In this document: positions 45,702-56,943 of the stretch, piece after piece
Layout of the letters: each line of letters begins with the position of its first letter
Position numbering within the stretch: the first letter of the stretch is position 1
DNA from: a virus
Taxonomy: Duplodnaviria; Heunggongvirae; Uroviricota; Caudoviricetes
Virus record (IMG/VR): IMGVR_UViG_3300021400_000025
Span: 342,479 to 406,478 of that record
Strand: one strand, 5' to 3'
Length of the DNA stretch: 64,000 nt
Position numbers and translations under genes: made by a program
Notes under the pieces: model-generated
What the model saw: the letters and a program-made list of their open reading frames with translations, nothing else
What the model was told of the DNA's origin: nothing
Database searches by the model: none

Positions 45702-46256
45702 ATGAAATGGTACAGACTTTACAAAGAATCATCTGATTCAGACTTCGTGATAAAAAATGGAGTTCTTAAAAAGTATACAGGCAGGGGTGGAAATGTTGTC
45801 ATTCCAGATGGCGTGACGAGCATCGGGGATTATGCGTTCAACCGTTGCGCCAATCTGACGAGCATTACTATCCCTGACAGCGTAACGAGCATCGGGCAGT
45901 AGGCGTTCAACCTTTGCATTAGTCTGACGGGTGTGACAATTAAAGGTGACTTGAAAAGCATCGGGAAATGGGCGTTCTACCTTTGCACAGAACTCAAATC
46001 CATCCAGTTTACAAATAAAACAACTAAAGAGGCAAAAGACCTACTTAAAAACGCAGTTGAAGACATTTCAATCGCAAAGGGATTAAAGAACAGAGCATTT
46101 ATTGTACTGTTCAAGTATTCCCACAGAACGGAAGATGAACAAGAATTCTCTGCAAATTCTCCTGAAGAAGCAAGGAGGAAATTTGAGAAATGGGCATCCG
46201 ACATGGAATGTTCAGAGGACTTTGACTTTGAGTTCATTGACGCAAAGGAGGCATAA
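45702..46256 (+). CDS. BspA-type LRR protein with one internal TAG
   Basis: [25 protein letters not shown]; the TAG falls within a repeat (IGQ*AF). Confidence 0.85.
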
Positions 46257-46261
46257 CATTT

Positions 46262-47302
46262 ATGAAATTCTCAATATCATTCAAGTACAGCAACGTCACC
46301 TTCAAGAACAAGGAGACGAAGGAGACAATAGCCTACGACACAAAGGCTTCCGAGGGAAACATCTTCACGTTCGACAACGTTGACGAGGACGTTGTGATTG
46401 GAATGCTGAAGGGACTCAAGGACAGAAAGGCAAGCCAGTTGTTCGCATATGACGATCTCCGCACCAACTTCATCAACGTGATGGCAAGGAACAAGTGCAA
46501 GGAACTCTACGACAAGCTGGACAAGGCCGAGTGGAAGATTGAGGATATTGCAATCTCCAACATCACAATCAAGGATGTTGAATTCACAAAACCAACAATG
46601 AACGCAAGAGAGGCAATAACCGTGGAAAGCATTTCCAAGAAAAACTACACGAAAGGGCATTATCCAACATATGTTGTGAAGGAACGCCTGGTTGATCTGA
46701 TTGAAGGATGTCCAAGAGAAAACCCAATGTGGGCAGACCTTGTTGAGATATTGGAGAAATACTATGGTGAAGCAGCACTTGAACAGGTGATGGAGAGCAG
46801 AAAAATGAAAAAACTAAACATAACGAAGGAGGCTTTTGAGAAAAGCCAATATTTCAAGAGGAAATACGGCAGACTTGAATATGTGTCAGAAAGTGGCAGA
46901 GTGTTCAAGACATCAAAGGGCAAGTTGCTCAAGTTCAAGGAATCTTTTGAAGATGATGACCCCGACTACTTCGGGGATGGTCAACTCCATGTCTTTGACT
47001 ATGGAGAAGATTGTCCGTTCAGTGAGCAATACATTGTCATGTACCCATCTGGAACAGTTCTTTACACAAATGCAAGCGGCTCTGTTTCCTATTGGGACGA
47101 AGGCGACACAATGTCCTATTCAACCAGAAGCGAAATGGAGGACAACTTCGCCACTGGAGAAGATGTGGGCACAGGAAATGAATATGTGCCAACTGAAGTA
47201 AGTGACTTGACCTCGCTTCCAAACAAGTTGAAGAAAATGATTATACGAGCTGCCGGCAGCACAGGATATGACATAGACAAAGATGTTGAAACTTACCTGT
47301 AA
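46262..47302 (+). CDS. Modular hypothetical protein with an internal copy of the MKKLxITKExFEKS module
   Basis: 346-aa ORF; the module at 46805 matches the N-terminus of the 14922 protein. Confidence 0.75.
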   Translation: MKFSISFKYSNVTFKNKETKETIAYDTKASEGNIFTFDNVDEDVVIGMLKGLKDRKASQLFAYDDLRTNFINVMARNKCKELYDKLDKAEWKIEDIAISNITIKDVEFTKPTMNAREAITVESISKKNYTKGHYPTYVVKERLVDLIEGCPRENPMWADLVEILEKYYGEAALEQVMESRKMKKLNITKEAFEKSQYFKRKYGRLEYVSESGRVFKTSKGKLLKFKESFEDDDPDYFGDGQLHVFDYGEDCPFSEQYIVMYPSGTVLYTNASGSVSYWDEGDTMSYSTRSEMEDNFATGEDVGTGNEYVPTEVSDLTSLPNKLKKMIIRAAGSTGYDIDKDVETYL

Positions 47303-47416
47303 GGATTTTCAGCCATAAGTTCATTGTAGCCCCTCTTGCAATCATGTAGGAGGGGTTGAATTTTTGTTTTGTCCTTCATAAATGGTAAATACCCTTGACA
47401 AACATAGGAATCTACA

Positions 47417-49687
47417 ATGGCTACATCAACAGACAGACTCGCTCCCAGGATATTGATAGAGGAACACGATCTCACGCCACCTGAACTGAAAATCAGAAAG
47501 CCACCAGTGACCCTTCTATTTGGTTTCGCACCCAAAGGCAGGACATGCGAAATGGTGGTGTGCAACACAGTGGCGCAAATCACTCAAGAGTTTGGAACTC
47601 CCACAACAGCGCCCGAGAAGTATTTTGTGGATTCTGCGATTAGACTTGTCCAGAACAACGCCACGGCGATAATGACGCGGCTTCCATATGACAACGATCA
47701 ATCGCATACGGTGAAGTATGTGGACTACAAGATTGAGCAGCCAATCGCGATGAAGGACATAGCCACAGTTCCACAAGAAAGCCGAATGAGGGAAAAAGAC
47801 AACTCGGCGGTGACTGTCCTCAAGGAGATGCATGACCTTGACCCATTGATGACCCAATTGCAGAGGATAGTTCAAGTGGCGGACGTAAACGAAACAAGAA
47901 TCCATTCCATGTCCAACGAGGAACTTGTGGAGCTGGAGTTGGATCCCAAGAACAATCTGGATTCAAACACATTCAGAATAGTTGACATAGTGGGAGAACA
48001 ATATGGGGTTGGAGCTGGGAAGGTGGAATATGCTGGGATATTCCCAGTAATCACCACTGCGCCAATGGCGTTGTATTATCAAGGAAGATTGCAGAACAGC
48101 AAGGAATTGGATCCCCACTTCAATCTTCTATACATAGACAATGGATTCGAGATGTCTGGACCATGGTATAGAAAGTCAGACCCAATGGACGACATCTACA
48201 AGGCGAAACAGAGCCAAATCCTCTCCACAATACACCAGACACTGAACTTCGACACAACGACAAATCGGTTCCACAGAGCGGAATCGTTCCAAGACCAATG
48301 CGTCAAGAGATTCCCTCTGATGAACATGTTGCAGAAGAACAAGCTGGACAAGACTTTTCTGAACAACATAGGGTTGTTGGTATGCAAAATGGCATGGGAC
48401 GCAGACCAGCAGACCACGAGGTTGGAGATAGTGGAATCCTTCGTTGGAAAATTGGGAAATGGGAGGAACGCCATCGACAGAGTTGTGAATTCTGAATCCA
48501 AATTGGTGCGGATGTACAAGAACCTCTCCATACCTGGGGAGACTGACTTCTTCGTGATGAACGATTAGACGATAACCTCCATCGGAATGACACATCAGGA
48601 ATGCTTGAAGTACATCAACTACAAGACATCAATAATCGATCCAATACAATACATGCTTGACAGCGCATATTCAGATGTGGATTCTCTGTATCTGGACGCC
48701 ATTCTGGATGCCGGACTGTCATCAACCGCCTTCATGGCACATGCCGCGAAACGCGCAGATGGACAATCGTTCAACGAAGACGAGACCGTGACCACCATGG
48801 TGAATTGGGGGAAGATGGAGTTCCCACCAGAGGACAATGCCCAAGAATATGCGCAGGTGTGGAATCAAATCACGCGGATGTTCGGGGACTTCTGCCAGAA
48901 TGTCCGTGGAGATTGCGTCTACATCGCAGATGGTCCAAGGATTCTCAACCTTGAGCGTAACTACCCAATCGCCAACTACACAGACATGGACAACCAAGAG
49001 ATGTTCAACAAGTTCCTTCCTCTGTTCAACGGCTACACGAACAACTATGTCGCGAGATACTGGAACTGGGTGTTCATAGAGGACATGCAATGGCAGAACA
49101 GTGGCATATGGGTTCCTGGCTCTGTGGTGATGGGAAGCCAACTCGCAATCAATGACGCCAATGGAGAGGTATGGTACGCCCCAGCAGGACAGCAGAGGGG
49201 ACTGGTTCCAAATGCGTTCGATGTGAGCGTCAAGACCAAATCCTACAACCAAGAGAACGATTTACTGTATTCCAACCATTGGAACTTCTTCAACATATAC
49301 CAGAACGAGGGTGTTGTGGTTGAAGGGCAGAAGACCATGCAGACAAGGAAGACCTCTCTGGACAGATTGAATGTAAGGAGAATGGTGTGCTGGATCAAGC
49401 AACAGGCAAGGATGATTGCCAACAGATACAAATACGAGCCTCACACCAAATCCACAAGAGATGGATTCAGAAACGACATGGAAGACATGCTTCGCAGAAT
49501 CCAAAGAACAAATGGAATAAGCGACTATAGAATTCTGTGCGACGAAAGCAACAACCCCACGAGGACAATAGACATGCATGAGCTTCACTGCAAGATGGCG
49601 ATAAGGCCGATAAAGGCTGTGGAGTACATTCTGATTGACTTGAACCTTGTCAATGGAAATGTGACAATGGACGAAGCCATGAGATGA
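47417..49687 (+). CDS. Contractile tail sheath protein (T4 gp18-like), one internal TAG
   Basis: PRILIEEHDLT, GFAPKG, FGTP, WYAPAGQQRG, GQKT, LDRLNVRR, CDESNN, IRPIKAVEYI; TAG at 48566 is in frame. Confidence 0.93.
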
Positions 49688-49697
49688 CAAATGCGAA

Positions 49698-49726
49698 AAT
49701 GCCGAGATCAATCAGATCTCGGCATT
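49698..49726. terminator. Inverted repeat between convergent genes
   Basis: aatgccgagatc/gatctcggcatt. Confidence 0.75.
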
Positions 49727-49754
49727 CATTGTCTAGAGGTTGAAGGTTTTTGCG

Positions 49755-50624
49755 TCACTCAACTTCAATGTTGGTGATTTGCTTTGGCTCGATTTTAATC
49801 TCATCAGGTTTACATTTAAGTCCATATACATATCCAATTTTAATATATTTATCAATGTCTCCTCTTTTAGCATATACTCTATCTTCTTTTCTTGATGAAC
49901 CCTTAAGATGCAACCATTTTCTGCCAAGAATAGCCTTTCTTACTTTTTCATTTCTTTCTTTTAGTTTTTCTGGATATGACTCATAAAATCTTTTTCTTGA
50001 CTCGTTTCTTTTCTATTTAGTCTTTAGTTTTTCTTCTTGAGATTTTTTATTAATGGTTTCATTTATTTTTCTTCTTGTTTCCTACTTTTCATCAAGAGTT
50101 CTATTTCTTAAGCCAACTGATGTTTTTATACGATGCTATAAAAGTTCTTCTTCGGTTTTTCCTTCTTTCCAGCTTCTTTTGAACATTGGATTATTGCTTC
50201 CAGACGAGTTTATCTTCCTTTTTTCTCGTAACTTGTCCATCTTTTCCTTTGGATAATTTTTCCAAGCATTTTTTAATATCTCACTAATGTTTTCACGATA
50301 TTTTAATTTCAATGTTTCATATTGATTTGCAGATAGCATTTTTCCATATCGTTTATACCCAGCCATTATGAATAAAGCATTAACCATTTTGACATATTCA
50401 CTTGAATTTTCTCCAAATTTTTCTGCATAAATCCTAACAAGTAGTTGATGACAAATAAAATGCTCCTTTAGTGTCAATCTAACTATGTTTGATGGTTCAG
50501 ATATTAAATCTGGTCTAATACTTCGTGGAATTATATGATGTTTTTCATAAATGGCATCATCGGAAAGAGGTTCAACCTTCTTTCTCTTGTATACAATATC
50601 ATTATATATTTTTTCGTAGTTCAT
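49755..50624 (-). CDS. Free-standing HNH homing endonuclease (289 aa, 3 TAGs), AT-rich
   Basis: MNYEKIY, YEKHHIIPRS, NIVRLTLKEHFICHQLL, NUMOD-like GSNNPMF. Confidence 0.85.
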
Positions 50625-50768
50625 CTTTAGTTTCCTTTATTTTTACAACGTTGATACCAACAACGTTGTATCTCTATTTACAATATTTCTTTTAGAAAAC
50701 AGTTAGGGGTCTGGAAGATGAAAACCAGACCCCAAATTGCTTGGTATACAATCTGTCCTGTTAAACTA

Positions 50769-51227
50769 TCACTTCACCTCAATTGTAATTGGAAGTGCTT
50801 TCTTTTCATCAAGTTTCTTAACCGGCAACTCAATGTAAAGAACACCATCTTCAGCTTTAGCTTCAATGGCATTTACATCTATCTATTCTGCTAAAGGAAT
50901 AGAGAACGAATATGATTGATGTGAAATACCACAATAGTCCATGTCCTCATCCTTTATCTTGTTTTCAGAACCACAGTCAACCTTCAACACGCCATCAAGG
51001 ATTTCTACTTTTACCTCATCTTTCTTGAATGGTGTGTATACCATTTCAAGTTGATAACTTTCAATCTTTCCATCTTTATCTTTCTTGGTGATTAGATTGT
51101 GAGGTCGTTTTATCCAGTGTTTCAACCCGCGTGATTCCTTGTTGAAATCGAAGTCCATAACTGCTTCGAGATTCTTAAACATGTTCCTAAATGGAAACCA
51201 TGCATCATTTAGCATTAGTTCATTCAT
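50769..51227 (-). CDS. Small heat-shock protein (Hsp20/alpha-crystallin), one internal TAG
   Basis: FSIPLAE*IDVNAIEAKAEDGVLYIELP and C-terminal IEV motif; the conserved C-terminal part appears only with readthrough. Confidence 0.9.
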
Positions 51228-51345
51228 TTTTTATCCTCCTTGACTGTCTTTGTGATCAGTCTTGTCAGGTTTTTGGACTTGGTTGGATGGATGTCTTCCT
51301 ATCTTCCCTTGCCCAATAAGTATTTACAAAAATTCATTCAAAATG

Positions 51346-52005
51346 TCATGACGCATTCTCATGATTTTGGGCAAAGGCATTGTCGTCAAACTTCGTGAAT
51401 TTCCTGGACGAGCAATAGTCCGCAAGATGAACCATGAACTGCATTGGGGTTCTTGGCTTTGGCAACACAACCTCAGAGTGCTTGCTGGTGTTCCACTTCC
51501 CCATGTGCGTCTGAATGCAAGATGCTGCAACTGCGATGTCTTGCTTGAAGGACTCTTCGTCGTCAGAAGTTGATTCAATGAACTCCTTGTTCTCCTTCAA
51601 GAACCTCTCAGACTCGTCCATGACGAACTTGGCTGCAAGAATTGGATGCTCGAACAAAGTGTGCTCAGATATCCCATCTGCCGTCGGACCCCTTTTCCTG
51701 CAATCGTGGAACAAGGCTGCTAGGTACATTCCAGGCATGAACTCCGACATATCCTGCTCGTTCGCCTCCATCAGAATCTTCAACCAACGATACACCATGA
51801 GGGAGTGGCGAGCCAGTCCACCTTCGCCAAGACTGAACTCAGGGTGGTGCTTTCCTGTAGAGGAGGCAGGCTCCGTCCAGAAATAGACAGGCACAGAATC
51901 CACAAGTTCAAGCGCGAACTTGCAAAGCACTGGCTTCATCGGGCCAAATTCGGACTTGATTGTGTCTCTGAACAATCCCTTCAATCCATCAACTGTTGTT
52001 TCCAT
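51346..52005 (-). CDS. HD-domain phosphohydrolase
   Basis: PASSTGKHHP, GGLARHS, ALFHD, HP, THMG, VHLADY. Confidence 0.85.
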   Translation of the reverse strand: METTVDGLKGLFRDTIKSEFGPMKPVLCKFALELVDSVPVYFWTEPASSTGKHHPEFSLGEGGLARHSLMVYRWLKILMEANEQDMSEFMPGMYLAALFHDCRKRGPTADGISEHTLFEHPILAAKFVMDESERFLKENKEFIESTSDDEESFKQDIAVAASCIQTHMGKWNTSKHSEVVLPKPRTPMQFMVHLADYCSSRKFTKFDDNAFAQNHENAS

Positions 52006-52018
52006 GCGTTTTCCCTCA

Positions 52019-52777
52019 TCATCTGAAGAATGTCACCAACGCTGAATTGGTCCGCGTCATGATTGACGATTCCACTTCCTTCAAGTCATGCCCTCTGGAC
52101 AAGGCGCAGAACTCGTCGAACAATATTGGCACATCGAACTTCATCTTGTCAGTGCCTATTATGCCAGAATAGGTCTTGCCCGACAAGCAACCAAAGACAT
52201 CACCAAGGTAGGGAATGCTCTTGCCACACAAAGAGCGGACAATCCCAATCAAAGGTGTCTTCTCCACAACCTTTGAGATTTGTCCATCAATCCATGCCAT
52301 CATATCCACCAGAAAATCGGTGTTCTCGTTGAATGTGAAATGTGGTATATCGTTGTCGAATATCGTCTCATATCCCCCTCCACCACCAAAATTGTCTGTT
52401 GTTGTCTGCTTCTGTCCATTCGTCTTTGAAATGTCTATGATTATGAAGTTCATCGCCTGTAGCAACTTCTTCATGTAGATTCGCTCCATGTTGGTCTTGC
52501 CACCCTCGTTCCAATTCTTGAATGCACTGGACACCACTATGTTGTTGTAGTTCACAATTGAAGTCAAATCAAATATGAACTCGTTGAACCAACTGTTCTC
52601 AGATGGAACTTCATCCACTATGTTGAACTCCATGATGTTCTTCACACCATTCCCATTCAAGAAGATGGAATGGATGTTGTCTGCAATTGAAATGGCGTGT
52701 GGGTTCTCGCCTATCAACATGATGTTGAACATCCCTATGCCATCCATCAATCTTTTTGCTGTGTTCTTTCGTCTCAT
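52019..52777 (-). CDS. Hypothetical protein
   Basis: 252-aa ORF within the operon. Confidence 0.7.
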   Translation of the reverse strand: MRRKNTAKRLMDGIGMFNIMLIGENPHAISIADNIHSIFLNGNGVKNIMEFNIVDEVPSENSWFNEFIFDLTSIVNYNNIVVSSAFKNWNEGGKTNMERIYMKKLLQAMNFIIIDISKTNGQKQTTTDNFGGGGGYETIFDNDIPHFTFNENTDFLVDMMAWIDGQISKVVEKTPLIGIVRSLCGKSIPYLGDVFGCLSGKTYSGIIGTDKMKFDVPILFDEFCALSRGHDLKEVESSIMTRTNSALVTFFR

Positions 52778-52805
52778 GTCTCTCTTCTCAATCTCCTTTC
52801 TCTTC

Positions 52806-53378
52806 TCAAATAACCATGTTGGATGAAAGTATCTGCTTGATGTAGTTCACCAGCGTCACTTCGCTCACAGGCTGGTAGTCCCACAAATCAACGCACACGT
52901 TTATGTTCAATACTTTGTTCACCTTGTCCACCAGATACTTCTCTCCATTCCACAATTCATGGCAATGTCCACATATGTTTATGTCTCCAGGCTTCAAGTG
53001 CAATCTGCTTCTTGGATCAGTGGATGGATAGTGGCACAAAACCACGTTGAACACCTTTCCAAGCACAAGGCGCATTGAAGATGCCATGCTTTTGACCCCA
53101 TTCTGGGGGTCATGGTTTCCCTGGATGTTCACCACCGTGGAGTGGAAACGTTTTTGCGTCTCCTTCCACGGAAGCAACATCCCAGGTCTGCCATTATCGT
53201 CCTTGAGGCAGTACAAATCCCCTATATGGTACAAGATGTCGTCTGAATTGCTTGCAATCTCGTTGCAATTGTTTATCAACTTGTCGGTCATCTCTATATT
53301 GTCCAAAAAGGGTCTTTTGCACAGCTCAAGGACTCTGCTTGACCCAAGATGCAAATCTGCTGTGAAGTATCTTCGCAT
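52806..53378 (-). CDS. Calcineurin-like metallophosphoesterase
   Basis: FTADLHLG, HIGD, GNHD, CHYP, GHCH. Confidence 0.88.
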   Translation of the reverse strand: MRRYFTADLHLGSSRVLELCKRPFLDNIEMTDKLINNCNEIASNSDDILYHIGDLYCLKDDNGRPGMLLPWKETQKRFHSTVVNIQGNHDPQNGVKSMASSMRLVLGKVFNVVLCHYPSTDPRSRLHLKPGDINICGHCHELWNGEKYLVDKVNKVLNINVCVDLWDYQPVSEVTLVNYIKQILSSNMVI

Positions 53379-53420
53379 TTGGATTCGCCATCTTGGTTTT
53401 TTCTTTCTTCGCCTCCGCCA

Positions 53421-54566
53421 TCAATTCAGCATTCCAGCAAGAATGTTCTCAATCTTGGAGTTGATGTCATCGTCTGCGGCTGGCGCAGGCTTCTCCACTT
53501 TCTTCTTCTCCTCCTGCTCCTTCTCCTTCTTCGGAGCAGGAGTGGTCTTCTTGGTGGGCGCAGGAGCTGGAATGTCGTCCGAATCCTCATCCACATCCTT
53601 CGCCACTGGGTCTTCAACCACTGGCGCAACAGGCTTCACCGCCTCATCGTATGTGACAGGAGCCTTTGGCGCAGGAGCAATCAGATCCATCGGGATGTCG
53701 TCGTTCATGGAGGCCTGTGCCGAGAAATGCTCAACATAGAACTGCTCCAGTTCCTCCTTCGTGGGAACAGTGTACCAGTTCGCGTCAAACTGGACATCAT
53801 CAACCAGCTCGTCCGTAAGCGAATCAAGGTGCTTCGGAGAGGTCGTGAAGCCAATGCGCGTGAAGCCGTTCTTCATGAAGCGGTACTCGTTGGGCTTGCC
53901 CTCGTTCTTGACCTTCTCGACCTTCCCCCAAGTGAAGAACAGGTCGCAAGCATCGTTGTTCCAGATTGGGGTGTTGTTCGCCTGTGACGCCTGAATCTGG
54001 GTGAGAAGAGCCTTGTAGCCATCCTCATCCAAGGTCATCACCTTCACAGAGCCGTTGCTTGCCTCATAGTTGGGGTCGTTCACCACATACACAAGGATCC
54101 GCGCGGCGAAGGTGTTGTGAAGAGCCTTCATCTTCGCCTTTGCCTCCTGGTTCTTGTAGTGGGAATCAGAGAAAGCCTTCCACGCGGCCCCATATGCGGC
54201 GCACATTGGACACTGGGTCTTGCTCAGCGTGCTGTTCGCCTTGACATAGTCAGTCTGAGGGCATACAATGGTATGCGACTTGCGGCGAGGCTTCTCGGGA
54301 TCGTCCGGATTAGGAACATCCTCCCACACCTGATGGATGTGCTGGATGATGAACGGGAAGTCCCTGTAGTGGGCGAAATTGGAAGAGGAAACGAAGTTGG
54401 AGTTGGGCTGCGTGTTGAGCAACCGAACACGATAGAACTTTCCTTCTTCCGTGGGGCGCAGGAACAACTGGCTTGTGTTCTTTGCGAATTCACGGGCTTT
54501 CCTCTGAGTGAGGAGTCCCGTCATGATTGAACTGGTCGGCATGCCGACATGTGCATTTGTCATCAT
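53421..54566 (-). CDS. Single-stranded DNA-binding protein, T4 gp32-like
   Basis: VRLL, CPQT...CPMC, VYVVNDP..NGSVKV, acidic Pro-rich tail. Confidence 0.75.
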   Translation of the reverse strand: MMTNAHVGMPTSSIMTGLLTQRKAREFAKNTSQLFLRPTEEGKFYRVRLLNTQPNSNFVSSSNFAHYRDFPFIIQHIHQVWEDVPNPDDPEKPRRKSHTIVCPQTDYVKANSTLSKTQCPMCAAYGAAWKAFSDSHYKNQEAKAKMKALHNTFAARILVYVVNDPNYEASNGSVKVMTLDEDGYKALLTQIQASQANNTPIWNNDACDLFFTWGKVEKVKNEGKPNEYRFMKNGFTRIGFTTSPKHLDSLTDELVDDVQFDANWYTVPTKEELEQFYVEHFSAQASMNDDIPMDLIAPAPKAPVTYDEAVKPVAPVVEDPVAKDVDEDSDDIPAPAPTKKTTPAPKKEKEQEEKKKVEKPAPAADDDINSKIENILAGMLN

Positions 54567-54681
54567 TTTTACTTTACCTCTGTTTTTCTTGTTTCTGTTT
54601 TTACTTTCATCGGTTTCAGTGGCAACAACCATCTGAACATGATTATTTACACTTTCCCAATGAATAATTATACAAAAATCC

Positions 54682-55089
54682 TCATCCATTCAACTTGATA
54701 ACCTCAATTGCGTTCTTGATGTTGTAGCCGAACTCGGACAACGATGAAATCGCTTGCGCTATGACCTCAAGGGACAGTTCAATGTTCTTCCTTGTCGCGT
54801 CAATCTTCTTCAATGTCTCGTCCTCTTGGTTGGCCGTCTTCAACTTGTCGAATGCGTTGCCCTTCGCCTTTGCCACCAGACTCTTCTGATATTCAGAGCG
54901 GATTGAGTTCAGCTTCTGCAAAGCCTCCTTCTCCTTCGCCATGTACCCAACCCATTTCGCCTTCATGGAGCTGGTTGTAAGGGACTTCTCCCTCAAGTTG
55001 GCGAGAGTCAGGTTCAAATCGTCCTTCAGTTCCCTTGAATACTGAATCGCAGGGCTTTCCTTTGCTTCAATGTCTTTGTTGCTGTCCAT
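54682..55089 (-). CDS. UvsY-like recombination mediator (helical)
   Basis: About 135-aa coiled coil ending GYNIKNAIEVIKL, next to the SSB gene. Confidence 0.55.
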   Translation of the reverse strand: MDSNKDIEAKESPAIQYSRELKDDLNLTLANLREKSLTTSSMKAKWVGYMAKEKEALQKLNSIRSEYQKSLVAKAKGNAFDKLKTANQEDETLKKIDATRKNIELSLEVIAQAISSLSEFGYNIKNAIEVIKLNG

Positions 55090-55198
55090 AAAAATCCTCA
55101 ACATCATTATACACCAGATGAAACATATTGTAAAGATGTAAATATATTTTCAGTGCGACTTATGTATAATTGAACCAAACGAGGAAGATTGTCGAAAA

Positions 55199-56782
55199 AT
55201 GTCGAAAACGAAGAAAAACATATTTTCACGCAAGATGGGCGGAAAGAACGCCCATGCCGACATTGTTTCGTACCAGTTGCACAATCTTTCCCTTTCTGAT
55301 TCAGAAAACCTCCCTGAAATCGAAGCATTGGTGAAGACCTACAACTCAGCGTCCAGATGCGCATTCAAGCGGTTCAAGGAACTGGGTCTGAATGGGATGT
55401 TGAAGGGAAACCACGGCAAGAAGAACTTCTGGCAGGTTGACAAGGAAATTGGCTCCCCAATCCAAGGCACCATAATGGCGCTGAGGGAATGGCTTGTGAA
55501 GAATGGCTATGTCCTTGACTCAACCCTTCTCCAGAACGCCGTGATGACTGGATTCAAGACCTACAAGTCGTTCGAGAGGAAACTGTCCAAGTGGCAGACC
55601 ACGAAGGAAAACCCCTCGTTCGGAGACATGGATGCAAGGTCAAGGCAGAAACTCAACAAGGAGGAGTTCCAGTTGACGAGAAACGCATCCATCACAGTGA
55701 TTGGAAAGGCGAAGGGTGGAAACCAGAAGTTCAAACTGGATTCAGAAGACTGCACATTGTCCCTTGTCTGGAGAAGAAAACGAATGGACTTCTCCTTCCG
55801 TTCAAGCAGATTCTCCAAGAAGGGATTGAAAACCCTGAACCTAATCGCCAAGGGAATGGAAGATGGGACTCTGCCAGTGACAGTGACCCTGACAAGGATT
55901 GGGAATGGAAGGTTCAACGCAACCTTGACCTTCTCGGCAGAGGAGCTGAACAAGTTGAAGGAGAAGGGGGTGGAGAAGGAAGAGAAAGTCAAATCATCCC
56001 ACCAGTCCTCCAACATGGTCGCTGGAATATGGGTCAACGATGAAGTTGTGCATCATCAGGTGATGGACACGACAAGGCATAACAAGGTAATCCACTCAAG
56101 GACATGGAAGGTCGAGGATTTTTCAGGAGAAAAAACAACAAGGAAATACCTGAACGAGAGGATTGCCAAGCATGACTGGAAGACGGTGAACGCAATCAAG
56201 AGGAGGATTGCGAACAGGACAATCTCGGAGACAAGCAGAATCCTCAACAAGATTTTCAGCACAAACAAGGGATATGGGGTGAAGATTGTGGTGGTGGAAA
56301 GCGCAAGAAGCAAGGGAAACCGCCAGTTCAACAACTCCCTGATATCCTTCAGCAAGGAGAAGATAATGAACGGGTCGGCGAAGACCTGCTTCATGACATA
56401 CTCAAGGCTGGTGAAGATGGTTCAGAAAAAATGCTCAGAGTTCGGAATGGAACTTGGCAAGGTAGATGGAACCTTCATCCAGATGAAAGCGATTTTGGAA
56501 TCCCCATCCATGACAGACGCAATCAAGAACGCCTGCACATGCATGGTTGGGAGATTCGTCAGAAAAGAAAAACCAGACGTGGACTTGACCGGTTGGCGCA
56601 AGTGGATGTCTGACCCTTCCATGCTTGATTGGGTCGGGCATCTGCTCCACAACAAACGCTCCCGGCAGGCAAGGTCTGAGACAAGAAGGGCGTTCAAAGC
56701 AAGGGCTGTGGAGAAAGCAGCCCGCCTGGTTGACAACAGGAACAGACTCGGCGACAGAGTTTTTCAGGCACATCACGTCTGA
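55199..56782 (+). CDS. TnpB/Cas12-related protein with a degenerate RuvC-I (predicted nuclease-dead)
   Basis: YNSASRCAF, FG..R..NKEEF..R..IG.AKGGNQKF. GIWVN stands where GIDxN is expected; VVVES (RuvC-II) and KVDGTF..TDA follow. No tnpA nearby. Confidence 0.65.
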   Translation: MSKTKKNIFSRKMGGKNAHADIVSYQLHNLSLSDSENLPEIEALVKTYNSASRCAFKRFKELGLNGMLKGNHGKKNFWQVDKEIGSPIQGTIMALREWLVKNGYVLDSTLLQNAVMTGFKTYKSFERKLSKWQTTKENPSFGDMDARSRQKLNKEEFQLTRNASITVIGKAKGGNQKFKLDSEDCTLSLVWRRKRMDFSFRSSRFSKKGLKTLNLIAKGMEDGTLPVTVTLTRIGNGRFNATLTFSAEELNKLKEKGVEKEEKVKSSHQSSNMVAGIWVNDEVVHHQVMDTTRHNKVIHSRTWKVEDFSGEKTTRKYLNERIAKHDWKTVNAIKRRIANRTISETSRILNKIFSTNKGYGVKIVVVESARSKGNRQFNNSLISFSKEKIMNGSAKTCFMTYSRLVKMVQKKCSEFGMELGKVDGTFIQMKAILESPSMTDAIKNACTCMVGRFVRKEKPDVDLTGWRKWMSDPSMLDWVGHLLHNKRSRQARSETRRAFKARAVEKAARLVDNRNRLGDRVFQAHHV

Positions 56783-56943
56783 AACATCCCTGATGGGAAT
56801 GCCACCTGAAGAGTCCATTTCGCAATATCCACACATGGTCCAACCAACCATCTTCTACCATGGGATTTTGTCGTTTCAGCCCATATGTACATAATATGCC
56901 ATTAAAGATTCTTGGACATCAACTTGACAATCCTTGACCTCCC

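Noticed and set aside
55199-56782. Active IS200/IS605 or IS607 element
   Set aside because: No tnpA or serine recombinase adjacent, the catalytic Asp is missing, and no element ends were recognised.
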